Assembly (NCBI GenBank): GCA_039810425.1
Contig: JBDHWW010000010.1
Coordinates: 1-64,000 of the forward strand
DNA from: Pseudobdellovibrionaceae bacterium
GTDB lineage: Bacteria > Bdellovibrionota > Bdellovibrionia > Bdellovibrionales > Bdellovibrionaceae
Length of the DNA: 64,000 nucleotides
Direction of reading: 5' to 3'
Shown here in pieces: positions 1 to 9,624 of the stretch. How positions within the stretch are numbered: the stretch's first letter is position 1; every line of letters begins with the position of its first letter. Below the pieces are notes generated by a model, which worked only from the letters and a program-made list of their open reading frames with translations, was not told where the DNA came from and searched no databases. The translations under genes and the position numbers were made by a program.

Positions 1-56
1 TCTTTTGTTAACCAGTGGAAATCATTCCACGAAAGGCTGGTGCCCTCAACTTTCAA

Positions 57-338
57 CTAAATTTGAAATTTCTCCTCGAAGCTATAACCCAGGACCTTCG
101 TACCGTTTGCAATCAGATCGAGCGTTCCAGGTGTGAGGTCTTCAGCGCGTAGAAGCGTGCCGTCCTTCAAAAGATAACGAACCACCTTTTTCGCAGTGTC
201 GGCTTTTTCCCAGAAAACGGGTTTGTTATAAACCATTGAACCTGGTGCGGATTCAACGTTAGCGCCGCAGAACATGTCGCCCGCGAATGCGATTTGAGAA
301 ACCATTACTGTTAATACTGTTGCTAATACCTTTTTCAT
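57..338 (-). CDS. Small secreted hypothetical protein
   Basis: Sec-type signal peptide (MKKVLATVLTVMVSQIAFA); AAGGAG SD upstream. Confidence 0.7.
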   Translation of the reverse strand: MKKVLATVLTVMVSQIAFAGDMFCGANVESAPGSMVYNKPVFWEKADTAKKVVRYLLKDGTLLRAEDLTPGTLDLIANGTKVLGYSFEEKFQI

Positions 339-486
339 ATCTAACTCCTTTTTGTTAAAGACTGTCGTCTTGGTGTGATCTTAGTTATAGGGAGTTAAGG
401 GCCTGATTTATAGATTTGTTAAGTAAAAGTAGGCCCATTTTGATAACCATTTAGTAAATTTAAATAACCTAAGTTATTATATTTAC

Positions 487-1290
487 ATGAAAGTATTTGA
501 ATTCAGGGATTATAAAGAGTTTTTAGGCCATTGGCTGAAGGACCATCCAAAGGGCGGGCGAGGCCAGCTAAAACGGATGGCGGACTACCTGCGGGTTTCA
601 ACGACATTGCTCAGTCAGGTGCTCAAGGGTGACAAGCACTTCAGTTTGGAAACCGCTGCGGAAATTACTGAGTACGTAGGACTTAATGAAAAAGAAGCCG
701 AATACTTTCTGCTGCTCGTAGAGCATCAACGCGCTGGTGGCTTCAAACTTAAAAAAATTCTCGAGAAAAAGCTAGAGCGCGAACAACAAGCAGGTGCTCA
801 GCTGGCGAACCGCCTGCAGAAAGACCGCCAACTTTCAGACGAAGAGAAAATGCAGTTCTATTCAAGCTGGATGTATTCAGGGGTGCGCCTGCTTAGCGCC
901 ATTCCAGAGATGACAGATGCTCAAACCATCAGTCAGCGTCTCAATATCCCGCTCGGCACTGTGAACACTGTGATCAATTTTCTATTGGAAAAAAATCTCT
1001 GCGTGATAAAAGATGGCAAGCTCTCTTATGGCGCTTATCGGACTCATATCGGCAAGGACTCGCCGTTTGTGGTGAAACATCACCAGAATTGGCGTATGAA
1101 GGGCTTCCAGTCGATGGAACTTCGTCGCGACGAAGATTTATTCTTCACCCAACCCATGGCTCTTTCTAAAGAAGCCGCTGAAAAAATCCGCCTGATGCTT
1201 CCGGGAATCATCGAACAGCTTCACGCCATCGGCGGCCCTTCAGAAAGCGAAGTCGTCCGCTGCATTAACATTGATTGGTTCGAGTATTGA
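487..1290 (+). CDS. TIGR02147/DUF4423 family protein with N-terminal XRE-like HTH
   Basis: Starts FEFRDYKEFL; HTH (MADYLRVSTTLLSQVLKG); FYSSW and HHQNWR motifs typical of this Bdellovibrionota-expanded family. Confidence 0.8.
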   Translation: MKVFEFRDYKEFLGHWLKDHPKGGRGQLKRMADYLRVSTTLLSQVLKGDKHFSLETAAEITEYVGLNEKEAEYFLLLVEHQRAGGFKLKKILEKKLEREQQAGAQLANRLQKDRQLSDEEKMQFYSSWMYSGVRLLSAIPEMTDAQTISQRLNIPLGTVNTVINFLLEKNLCVIKDGKLSYGAYRTHIGKDSPFVVKHHQNWRMKGFQSMELRRDEDLFFTQPMALSKEAAEKIRLMLPGIIEQLHAIGGPSESEVVRCINIDWFEY

Positions 1291-1435
1291 TCCAAGCACT
1301 AAACCAAAAGGCGGGAAAGTCTAAAAACGCCCCCGACTTTCTCGAGATACCTTAATATATTCCTATGAGCACTTGTTTTTACCTACTTCTCTTATCAACT
1401 CGCAGCTGGCGAGTATCTTTTTTGGCTCTAAGTTT

Positions 1436-2215
1436 TTACAACCGGCCCCAAATGAAAATCCGCTTAAACGGATAGAAAAAGGGTTTCTCGTCCGGGAGAA
1501 TCGCGAACAAGCGTTGCTTGTACTCCGTCACGAAGGCCGCAAAGTCGGCTTCCGACAGCTGCTTTTGGAAATGGGTGAGCATCGAGCCCTTCACCCACTC
1601 GATCACGCCTTCGCGGGACTCCAGCACATGGCCATACACGTTCACGAAAATTTTTTGCCGCGCAAAACCCAGCTTGTACATCATGCGCGCGTATTCGTCC
1701 GGGCTCAGCATCGTCGCCGTTTTGTCGTAAGGATTCGCCAGCAGATCGCGCCACTTTTGCTCCATGCTCATCGTGACCGCGAGTGTGTGGGTTGGATAAT
1801 CGTGATTCATCGGCATCTGCACCGCCAGTTGCCCGCCCGCGTGCAAAGCTTTCGTCAAACGCGCAAACAAAGCATGATGATCCTCGCACCACTACAAAGC
1901 CGCGTTGGAAAAGATCACGTCATAGTCTTCTGAAGGCGACCATGTTTGAATGTCCCCCTTCACGAAGTTTAGGTTATTCTCAGCAAAGACCTGCGCCTTT
2001 AAGAGCATCTGCTCAGAAGAATCAAGCCCCGTCGTTTGATCAGCGCGAACGAAATGATGCAACTCGGCCGTGAGTTCTCCGGTGCCACAACCAAGATCGA
2101 TGACCTTGATGCGCGAGCGTGGGGTTTCGAGGAGGTTCATGAGATCAAAGAAAGGCTGAGATCTTTCCTCTTTAAATTTTTCGTATTGTGTGGGATTCCA
2201 GGCATCTTGAGACAT
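1436..2215 (-). pseudogene. tam: Trans-aconitate 2-methyltransferase-like SAM methyltransferase with in-frame stop
   Basis: WNPTQYEKFKEERSQPFFDL, DLGCGTG; reads FSNAAL-TAG-WCEDH (1892-1894) and continues in the same frame to LAVQMP...FFYPFKRIFI. Confidence 0.8.
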
Positions 2216-2225
2216 GCCCCCTATC

Positions 2226-2885
2226 TTAGGACATACGGCCGCGGTATTCAGCAGGAACTTTTATGAAATTCATCAAAGTCTCGGTGAGCTCTCCGACAAG
2301 CTGATCAAGGTCAATTTGATCAATATTCTCGTCGACCGAAGACAACGCCGTCGCCCGGAGCATGTACTGCACGATGAACAATGTGGTCTCGTAGTCCTTA
2401 CCCGTTTTGGTCACACCGTAGTGCTCGTTCATAAAACCCAAAATAAGTTCCGCCATGGTTCGGTGAAACCTCAAAGCCTCGCTGTTCTTATCAACAATCG
2501 ACACAGCTCCGATCATCACCTTGCGAAACAACAAATCCTCCGTGCTCACTTTATAATAATGAGAGAACAACTGAGTAATAACCTCACGGGCTCCCAATTT
2601 TGGTGATATCCCCGCAAGGCGCTCTTTCAAACGGCCATGCTCATACTCAAAGGTCTGATCGATTAAAGCCGCTATCACGGCCTCTTTGGATGGAAAGTAC
2701 TGGTAAAGGGAGCCAATGCTCACACCGGACTCTTCAGCCACCTTATTGGTACTGAACTTCTGTACGCCAAACCTACGGATAATTTTTGACGCGCCTTGTA
2801 GTATCACTTGGTAGGTCTGCCGAGAGCGCTCTTGCTTGGGCTCTTTACGCGGCTCAATCGTCGATGTGGACTTCTTTTTGTTCAT
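2226..2885 (-). CDS. TetR/AcrR family transcriptional regulator
   Basis: PKQERS...STNKVAEESGVSIGSLYQYFPSKEA HTH signature. Confidence 0.92.
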   Translation of the reverse strand: MNKKKSTSTIEPRKEPKQERSRQTYQVILQGASKIIRRFGVQKFSTNKVAEESGVSIGSLYQYFPSKEAVIAALIDQTFEYEHGRLKERLAGISPKLGAREVITQLFSHYYKVSTEDLLFRKVMIGAVSIVDKNSEALRFHRTMAELILGFMNEHYGVTKTGKDYETTLFIVQYMLRATALSSVDENIDQIDLDQLVGELTETLMNFIKVPAEYRGRMS

Positions 2886-3008
2886 GAAATTCGAGTGCCT
2901 CTATGTATTTAATCGAACAAAATTCTCAAGCTATCTACGATTAAATCACCTGAGTTCAAACAGGTCACTGCTAAATTTGTTAAATGTCCTGCCTATAAGG
3001 CTCAGGTC

Positions 3009-3539
3009 TCAAAGAGACTGATCTGGAGACTTGCCGCCCAGCTTGATGGCAACATCCATCCCCGCAGACTGATTTTTGATGGAGACCGATGGGTTCTGAA
3101 CCACGCGCTGTTGAAGCTTTGCGAAGATCGGCTCGCGGATCGCTAAATTGTTATCTTGCAGCACGCACTGACGAGCGGCCTTTTCAGTCACGTTCACCAC
3201 AATCGGAGCCTTCAAGTTGGCAGTCATTTGAGTTGGATCATCTGGAATCGTCACGATCGAGAAGTAACGGGCCTTTTCTTGAGTCTGAAGCTTCAAGGCC
3301 TCAAGATCGCTCTTCGTGAGAGTGACTTTATACGTCTCAGTAAAAAGCTCCGGTTCCAACACTGGAAACGCAATGTGCGGCGATTCACAGCTTTGAAGCC
3401 AGGCAAAGATTTCGTCGCTTGGATCATCAAGGAGAACAAACTGGCGAAGATCCGCAAATCCCAAAAGGCCCTCTGGAAAAGTCAAAACGTCGTTGTTTTG
3501 CAATTCGACCCGGCCAAATCTGGAAGTATTAATGATCAC
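3009..3539 (-). CDS. fliW: Flagellar assembly factor FliW
   Basis: TSRFG, FPEGLLGF, WLQS, TANLKAPIVVN motifs; adjacent to csrA; GTG start inferred. Confidence 0.93.
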   Translation of the reverse strand: MIINTSRFGRVELQNNDVLTFPEGLLGFADLRQFVLLDDPSDEIFAWLQSCESPHIAFPVLEPELFTETYKVTLTKSDLEALKLQTQEKARYFSIVTIPDDPTQMTANLKAPIVVNVTEKAARQCVLQDNNLAIREPIFAKLQQRVVQNPSVSIKNQSAGMDVAIKLGGKSPDQSL

Positions 3540-3725
3540 GCAGCCCCCCTGCAATTGAGACAAGTAGACCCTTTCTTAGTGACACGCATGCCTTAGAAAA
3601 GGGTTAACTTAGCTATAAATCTGGACCTAAATCTGGAATTACTCAATTGAAAAATTTGCCCCATGACAGAGCGCTTCTAAAAACGCCCCGCTGGACATGC
3701 ACGCACCGAGCGGCTCAGAGGAGTT

Positions 3726-3953
3726 TTAAGGTTTTAACAGTTTCGCCACAGAGCGAGTTTTATCAGAGGAAACAGTCGCCGATTGCTGATTCTGCTCTTG
3801 AATCGCCATATAAACTTCTTCGCGATGGATTTTGGTATCTTTAGGCGCTTCGATCCCGAGACGGACCTGTTTGCCCTTGATTTGTACAACGCGAATCTTG
3901 ATGTGATCATCAATCGCGATGCTTTCACCCAACTTCCTTGTGAGAACCAACAT
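3726..3953 (-). CDS. csrA: Carbon storage regulator CsrA
   Basis: MLVLTRKLGESIAI...VRLGIEAPK...IHREE. Confidence 0.97.
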   Translation of the reverse strand: MLVLTRKLGESIAIDDHIKIRVVQIKGKQVRLGIEAPKDTKIHREEVYMAIQEQNQQSATVSSDKTRSVAKLLKP

Positions 3954-4021
3954 AGGATTACTCCTTTATTCCTAGCAGGGACTTCTTGCCCTAGCCGCAC
4001 AGATAACTATGCACAAAAGAG

Positions 4022-4049
4022 TTATCGGTACGGTTTAAGCGGAACTGTA
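4022..4049 (-). promoter_or_regulatory. Sigma28 (FliA)-like promoter for csrA
   Basis: Minus strand TACAG-N15-ACCGATAA upstream of csrA. Confidence 0.5.
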
Positions 4050-4059
4050 GGTATAATTT

Positions 4060-5148
4060 CTATTTTAGAAAGTCAAGAAGGCTTGGCTGAATAACCTTAC
4101 CGGAAGTTTCAAGAGTTGCGCGCAGAGCGCTATCGGTCTTGTTAATGTTGGATACAACATCGAATAATTCCACGTCTTCCAGTTGGGAGGCCGTCGATTT
4201 GTTATCCACGATCGCCTTTTGCAGGGATTCTGACGTGCTATTCACGGCCATGACTCGGGCCCCGACCTCAGAACGGGCGAGCACGACCTGGGAAATGGCC
4301 TGGTCCAAAGTGTCCAGACTCTCCTGAATCCCCGCTTTGTCATTGGTGCGTAACGAAATCTCCAACCCCTTCAGGGTTTCGAACAAGTTCACCCCGGCTC
4401 CATTGGTCACAGGATCCCTGGCCGGAGCCCCGATACGCTGGGCACGGTAAGCGCTGGCCGGCGCACGGGTCTGAACGTAGTTTTCCTCGAACTCTTGGTT
4501 TTTCTCTTTACGCTCGATCTCTTGTTGCTTGAACTCCTGGACATCTTCCGCTGTTTTCGGAGTTTCATAGCGGGAACGAATAATGCCGTCACCGCTGAGG
4601 CCTTTACCCAAAAAGACCTTGTCGCCAGGCATATTCATCGCCACGAAAGAGTCCTTGTGGATCCCGATCTTCATGTCGCCGTCGTTACCGAAGTACTCGC
4701 CGGACTGATTGAACGGAGCGGTCTGAGTTTTGGAGCCGCCGAAGATGTATCTTTCACCGAGCTTGCGGTTGCCAATTTGGATCGACTGATTGTAGATCTG
4801 CTCAACCTCTGACGCCGTCACTTCGCGAGACTGTTCATTGCCGCTGGCATCATTGGCCTGGCTGATCGCAAGTTCTTTTGCACGCATCAAGATCTCGCTG
4901 AGCTCACTCAAAGACTGATCCGAGAACTCCAAGAACGATTTCACGTTATTGATGTTTTTAATGTACTGCTGGTTTCCACGCTCTTCGGTTCGGGCCGCCA
5001 AAACACGGGCCGAAGACAATGGATCGTCCGAAGGCTTGTTGATACGCTTCTGAGTGGCCGCCTGATTCTGCAATTCATTCATCTCTGAACGATTTTTCGT
5101 CAGATTCTGATTCACTTGATTGTATGACATCTTGTCAGCTATTCTCAC
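4060..5148 (-). CDS. flgL: Flagellar hook-associated protein 3 FlgL
   Basis: KRINKPSDDP, RYIFGG, C-terminal QPSLLDFLK; follows flgK. Confidence 0.95.
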   Translation of the reverse strand: MRIADKMSYNQVNQNLTKNRSEMNELQNQAATQKRINKPSDDPLSSARVLAARTEERGNQQYIKNINNVKSFLEFSDQSLSELSEILMRAKELAISQANDASGNEQSREVTASEVEQIYNQSIQIGNRKLGERYIFGGSKTQTAPFNQSGEYFGNDGDMKIGIHKDSFVAMNMPGDKVFLGKGLSGDGIIRSRYETPKTAEDVQEFKQQEIERKEKNQEFEENYVQTRAPASAYRAQRIGAPARDPVTNGAGVNLFETLKGLEISLRTNDKAGIQESLDTLDQAISQVVLARSEVGARVMAVNSTSESLQKAIVDNKSTASQLEDVELFDVVSNINKTDSALRATLETSGKVIQPSLLDFLK

Positions 5149-5166
5149 GGCCCACTACCCCAGCTA

Positions 5167-6579
5167 TTACAATCGTTTCAAATTCAAGACGGTATCAAAC
5201 ATTTCATCCGCGGTTTTAATCACGCGCGCAGACGCTTCATATGCTTTTTGGAATTCAATCATTTTAGTGGTCTCTTCATCCAGACTCACCCCACTGATGC
5301 TTTCACGGATGTTCTGCAATTGACTCAAAACGTTCTTCTGAGACTCCTGCGACCGCACTGCCCGTTGAGTAACCGTACCGATCTGACCAACTTGGGTGTT
5401 GTAGTAATCGTCAAAAGTTGCGGAGCCATTATCCATCATCTGACGGTTTTGCAGATTCGAAATAATATTCGCGACGGTATTGTCCCCTGGCGCGTTGGCC
5501 TCGGCACCAGCAGCAATACGGCCAACGTCGTTAAAGATCGTGCGATTCACCGATAAGGTTTCAGCGGCGCCCTTGACATTATCAGGCTGTTCGAAGAACA
5601 ACACACCCGCCTTACCGTAACGGTCAAAACCCTCTACATGGGCTTTATTTACTTCGGTCGCCATTTGGTAAGCCATGCTATCGATGCTCCCCAAGAACTG
5701 CTCAATCACTTCGTCACGAACTTCCAAGGCGCCGCCCATACGGCCACCGCGGATTTGATTGGTAATATTCACCGGCGTGCCATTGGCGGTGGATTGGAAG
5801 AATATCTCGACACGGTCACGGTCATCGGTTCTTGCGGCCTTCAATTCATTTGCCGTTGTGCCCGAAACCAAAATCGCTGTCCGCCCCGCCGTCACGGAAA
5901 CGTGCCCATCAGTGCCTTCCGCCCAAGAAATATCAATCTTGTCGCCCATTTTCTTGAGCAACAGATCACGGCGGTCCCGTTCGTCGTTGGCCGGCATCCC
6001 TTGGACTTCCACCACTTGAATTTTTTCATTGAGTTGCGCGATCTCTTTGGCCATCTGATTCACTTCTTGAGTGACTGTCAGCAATTGACCGTCGATATCA
6101 TCTTGAACATCCTTGAGCTGGGTCGTCACACGACCGAACTCTTTGGTCATGGATTCGCCCGCCTCGCGAACCATCGTTCTTGATGCCAGGGACTCAGGGT
6201 TATTACTCAACTCCCGGAACGAGTTGAAGAAGCCCGTCATATACTGATTCAGGCCCTTATTCGTTTGTTCGTTATATACTTGCTCTACCCGGGACAAAGC
6301 ATCGGCGCGCGAGTCCGCATAGCCCATATTCGTGCTTTCACGCTGGATCTGCTTTTCAAGCCAAGGATTATTGACCCGAGTGACGACACCGGCTCGGGCG
6401 CCCATCCCGATACGAAGATTTCCTTCGCCCGAAGGTTCATTTGTCATGAGCTCCACACGTTGGCGGGAAAAGCCTTCAGTGGACTTATTCGCGATGTTAT
6501 GGCCGACGGTTTGCAAAGCTGTCTGACTGTTCATCAGAGAGCGCTTACCCACGTCCATCATTGCAGAAATTTTAGACAT
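5167..6579 (-). CDS. flgK: Flagellar hook-associated protein 1 FlgK
   Basis: GHNIANKSTEGFSRQRV; SGVSLDEE...FQKAYEASARVI. Confidence 0.96.
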   Translation of the reverse strand: MSKISAMMDVGKRSLMNSQTALQTVGHNIANKSTEGFSRQRVELMTNEPSGEGNLRIGMGARAGVVTRVNNPWLEKQIQRESTNMGYADSRADALSRVEQVYNEQTNKGLNQYMTGFFNSFRELSNNPESLASRTMVREAGESMTKEFGRVTTQLKDVQDDIDGQLLTVTQEVNQMAKEIAQLNEKIQVVEVQGMPANDERDRRDLLLKKMGDKIDISWAEGTDGHVSVTAGRTAILVSGTTANELKAARTDDRDRVEIFFQSTANGTPVNITNQIRGGRMGGALEVRDEVIEQFLGSIDSMAYQMATEVNKAHVEGFDRYGKAGVLFFEQPDNVKGAAETLSVNRTIFNDVGRIAAGAEANAPGDNTVANIISNLQNRQMMDNGSATFDDYYNTQVGQIGTVTQRAVRSQESQKNVLSQLQNIRESISGVSLDEETTKMIEFQKAYEASARVIKTADEMFDTVLNLKRL

Positions 6580-6628
6580 CCTGTCCTTCTTTGTTGGGGC
6601 TCAACATCCTGTTAGGCCCGTACACCGG

Positions 6629-7159
6629 CTAACCTTCTTTACTTACAAAATGACCTGCCTGCTCAGGACCGCGTTGGACTTGACCTTTGGCTCCATAGGT
6701 TTTCTTGCCGCTCAAGGTGTCTTTGATGTTGCCTAAAGCGCCGTTCAAATTTTTCAAAGCGGATTGAGCAACGCCTTCGTTCTCTTTGTTGAGTTCAGAA
6801 AGACGTTTGATCAAAAGATCCAATGCGGAGTGAATCACACGCAGACGATCGCCCTCCGCTCCGCCGAGGTTTTTTGCGATATCTAAAAGTCGCGGATTCT
6901 CGTGATCCGCATGCACGAGGCTTGCGAGTTCCGCGGCATAGCGCATACGCAACCCATCGATGGATTTGATTTTGTACAATAGGTTTTCTTTGATCTCATT
7001 GTTCTCTTGCAGCTTTTCCATTTCCGCATCAATGAGCAACTGTTTTTCTTTTCTGACAAGATCCAAAAGCTGGCGGTAAAGCTTGGTCATCTCTTCAAGA
7101 TTGGCAACCAGTCTTTGAAAGCTTCTGTCTTTGGTTGGTTCCGTGATTGTTGATTCCAT
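6629..7159 (-). CDS. flgN: Flagellar export chaperone FlgN
   Basis: Helical protein between flgM and flgK; KTYGAKG near C-terminus. Confidence 0.8.
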   Translation of the reverse strand: MESTITEPTKDRSFQRLVANLEEMTKLYRQLLDLVRKEKQLLIDAEMEKLQENNEIKENLLYKIKSIDGLRMRYAAELASLVHADHENPRLLDIAKNLGGAEGDRLRVIHSALDLLIKRLSELNKENEGVAQSALKNLNGALGNIKDTLSGKKTYGAKGQVQRGPEQAGHFVSKEG

Positions 7160-7235
7160 AAGCCCCTGTCTTCCTTGATTGAGCTAACTAGTTCAGCTTC
7201 AGGCTTCTCGCCTTACGCCCTCTCGGCGGCTACCG

Positions 7236-7586
7236 CTAGTTTTTCATATCTTCCATTGATAAGTGTTCGTCAACCAAACGGTCTGCGACCGCCTTTGCGT
7301 CAACTTTGTATTTTCCGTCATCAATCAATTGACGGAACTTCGCAACTTTTGCCTCATCGACATCCGGTGCGGCCATCGCCAGTTCTTTAATGCGCTTTGC
7401 TTCTTGCGCCTTTTGAGAAACATCAACTTTTGCCGAAGAATCGTTTTTGCCAAGTTCCGAGGACGCGTTGGCTTTTGCATTTGCAGGAGTTGCCGTCGCA
7501 GAAGTCGCGCTGTTTTTCGCGCGCTCTGTTTTTGCACCATCAACCAAGTTCAGATTCTGGCCAACTTTATTGTGCGTAATTTTCAT
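7236..7586 (-). CDS. flgM: Anti-sigma28 factor FlgM
   Basis: PDVDEAKVAKFRQLIDDGKYKVDAKAVADRLV. Confidence 0.93.
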   Translation of the reverse strand: MKITHNKVGQNLNLVDGAKTERAKNSATSATATPANAKANASSELGKNDSSAKVDVSQKAQEAKRIKELAMAAPDVDEAKVAKFRQLIDDGKYKVDAKAVADRLVDEHLSMEDMKN

Positions 7587-7640
7587 AAGAGTCTCCTACT
7601 CATCTTTTGATAGTACCACAATGGGACACTATCTACTAAC

Positions 7641-8333
7641 TCATTCTGAGACCGCCGCCGGGTCTTGAGGTCCAGTCTGGGTATGCCAAAAGAAAGTTTT
7701 TGCTTCAGGGCTTAAAAGCCCAACAGTCTCGCCAGCTTGGATTTTCTCTCCGAGCTTTATGGCATTCACACTCCCCTTAAAAACCAGTCGGCTCTTTAGA
7801 CCATTGTCATGTTCGACCTCTAAGAGGTTCTCGCCGGTTAATAAGGTCTTCTTATCCAGCAGAACACCCTGCCAGGGGTTTGAAACTTCCAGAGGTTTTT
7901 TGTTTTCCGCCACCGCCTGCGCGTTTCTATCAAAACGGAATGAAAGGTTTTCCGATTTCTTGTTTTGCTGAAATGGCTTTGCTGTGAATTCATCCTTTTG
8001 CGTCAGGGGCAACGGGCCTTGGGGCTTCTGCACCGGGTTCTTAATCCCCATCTGCACGCCATATCTATCCACCATTTGTCTGTAGATCAAATCCGCAAGA
8101 CCGATCCCGCCTTGCTGGCCCCATTTATCGACATATTCTTGATCGAGTTGCTCGCGAAAAATCTTTTCCGCCTGATTGCTCTGGATGAATCCGCCTTCAT
8201 GGACCGTCGACCGCATCGCCTTAGTCATTTCCCCAAGAAAGTGCTTCTCGTACATTTCAGAAACTTCACGGAGTTTTTCTTCCGTAGTTTTTGTTGCCGG
8301 CCGTGGATTCAGATTGTTGCTCGGGATTTTCAT
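7641..8333 (-). CDS. flgJ: FlgJ-like rod-binding protein with degenerate M23-like C-terminal domain
   Basis: LREVSEMYEKHFLGEMTKAMRSTV...GGIGLADLIYRQM rod-binding domain. Confidence 0.8.
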   Translation of the reverse strand: MKIPSNNLNPRPATKTTEEKLREVSEMYEKHFLGEMTKAMRSTVHEGGFIQSNQAEKIFREQLDQEYVDKWGQQGGIGLADLIYRQMVDRYGVQMGIKNPVQKPQGPLPLTQKDEFTAKPFQQNKKSENLSFRFDRNAQAVAENKKPLEVSNPWQGVLLDKKTLLTGENLLEVEHDNGLKSRLVFKGSVNAIKLGEKIQAGETVGLLSPEAKTFFWHTQTGPQDPAAVSE

Positions 8334-8635
8334 AGCGCGTGCCCAGCCTCACGTGAAGAGAAAAAAAGGGGAGTTAGAGTTCGAGAATCTCGTGCATCCT
8401 GCACTTGACTCTGAGTAGTCCTTCTTGCGAAGGACCCAAGCTTCGGCTCGTGTTCGCCATTCCTTGACGTTCGCTGACCTATTGCTACCGTTTCCTGCGA
8501 GAAACTTTCGACTCTTGACCATCCATGGTTCGCGATCTCTTCCTCACCCTCCCCGCGTTTCAAAAACATCCATGTCTCTGAAACTAATAACTCCATTTTA
8601 ATATTCTCTGTTTCATTTCGAAACATATTTTTCAT
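8330..8635 (-). CDS. Hypothetical protein inside flagellar operon
   Basis: ATGA overlaps with flgI stop and flgJ start; no recognisable motif. Confidence 0.45.
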   Translation of the reverse strand: MKNMFRNETENIKMELLVSETWMFLKRGEGEEEIANHGWSRVESFSQETVAIGQRTSRNGEHEPKLGSFARRTTQSQVQDARDSRTLTPLFFSSREAGHAL

Positions 8636-9624
8636 AAAACGTCGAGTTCCCCGTGCAAAGCTCCAGCTGCCTTGATGGACTGAAGTATTGTAATCAGGTC
8701 CTTTGGAGAGACGCCGAGCTTATTCAAAGCCTGGACCAACTCCCCAACACTCACGCCCGTGTCTAAAACCGCCACTTTGTCGTCAGATGTTTTTTTTCCA
8801 TCGCCGACTTTCACGGCAAGACTTCCATGCGAAATAGCGACTTTGGAAATCTTCACTTTATCGCCAATCACGATCGTGCCGGTTTTTTCATTGATAACCA
8901 CTTTTGCGATGCTATCCGGATTGATTTCAATAGCTTCAATTGTTGCAAGCAGTTCTACGCCGCGATTTTCATACGCCGCCGGCGTAATAATATCCACCGT
9001 GCCGGAGTCTTTTGCTGTCGCGTAGACGCCGCCAAGCTCTTTATTGATGGTCAGAATCGTTCGCGCGGCCGTCGTGAAATCCGGATTATGCAAAGTCATT
9101 CTGAACATTTTACGAGAGGCAAAATCACCGGTCACATCACGTTCGATGATTGCACCATTCGGGATTCTGCCTGACGTGGTGTGGACATCTTTGCCGTCGC
9201 CGCCAAGAATGATGCTTCCTTGCGCCACCGCGAAGACCTGATCATTTGCCGCGCGCATTGGGGTTTGCAAAAGAGTCCCGCCCTGCAAACTTTGAGACTC
9301 GCCAATAGCGCTGACGGTGATATCCATAGGATTTCCCGCTTTACCAAACGGCGGCAATGTCGCTGTCACGATAACCGCCGCGACGTTCTTACCTTGGAAA
9401 TCCTGGGCATCAAGTTTCATGCCGAGCTTATCGAGCATGCGCAACATCGACTTCGAAGTAAACTCAGACTTACCATCGCCCGTGCCCTTGAGCCCAACGA
9501 CAATGCCATAACCAATCAGCTGATTTTCACGTACACCGCGGATGCTGGCGATGTCTTTCAGGCGCGCCGCTGACGCCGTGTAACCGATGAGTGTCACAAG
9601 AAGTGCTAGAAGAATTTTATTCAT
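8632..9624 (-). CDS. flgI: Flagellar P-ring protein FlgI
   Basis: ARLKDIASIRGVRENQLIGYGIVVGLKGTGD; ILQSIKAAGALHGEL. Confidence 0.97.
   Translation of the reverse strand: MNKILLALLVTLIGYTASAARLKDIASIRGVRENQLIGYGIVVGLKGTGDGKSEFTSKSMLRMLDKLGMKLDAQDFQGKNVAAVIVTATLPPFGKAGNPMDITVSAIGESQSLQGGTLLQTPMRAANDQVFAVAQGSIILGGDGKDVHTTSGRIPNGAIIERDVTGDFASRKMFRMTLHNPDFTTAARTILTINKELGGVYATAKDSGTVDIITPAAYENRGVELLATIEAIEINPDSIAKVVINEKTGTIVIGDKVKISKVAISHGSLAVKVGDGKKTSDDKVAVLDTGVSVGELVQALNKLGVSPKDLITILQSIKAAGALHGELDVL

Noticed and set aside
1..59. Second premature TAG in the 57-338 gene (frame stays open to the window edge)
   Set aside because: Only 18 further codons are visible and there is no family motif to judge by
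1312..1344. Imperfect hairpin after the DUF4423 gene as a terminator
   Set aside because: Large loop and no clear U-tract on either strand
1892..1894. Genome-wide amber (TAG) recoding
   Set aside because: TAG is the normal stop of intact genes here, such as flgL, flgM, recA and exbD
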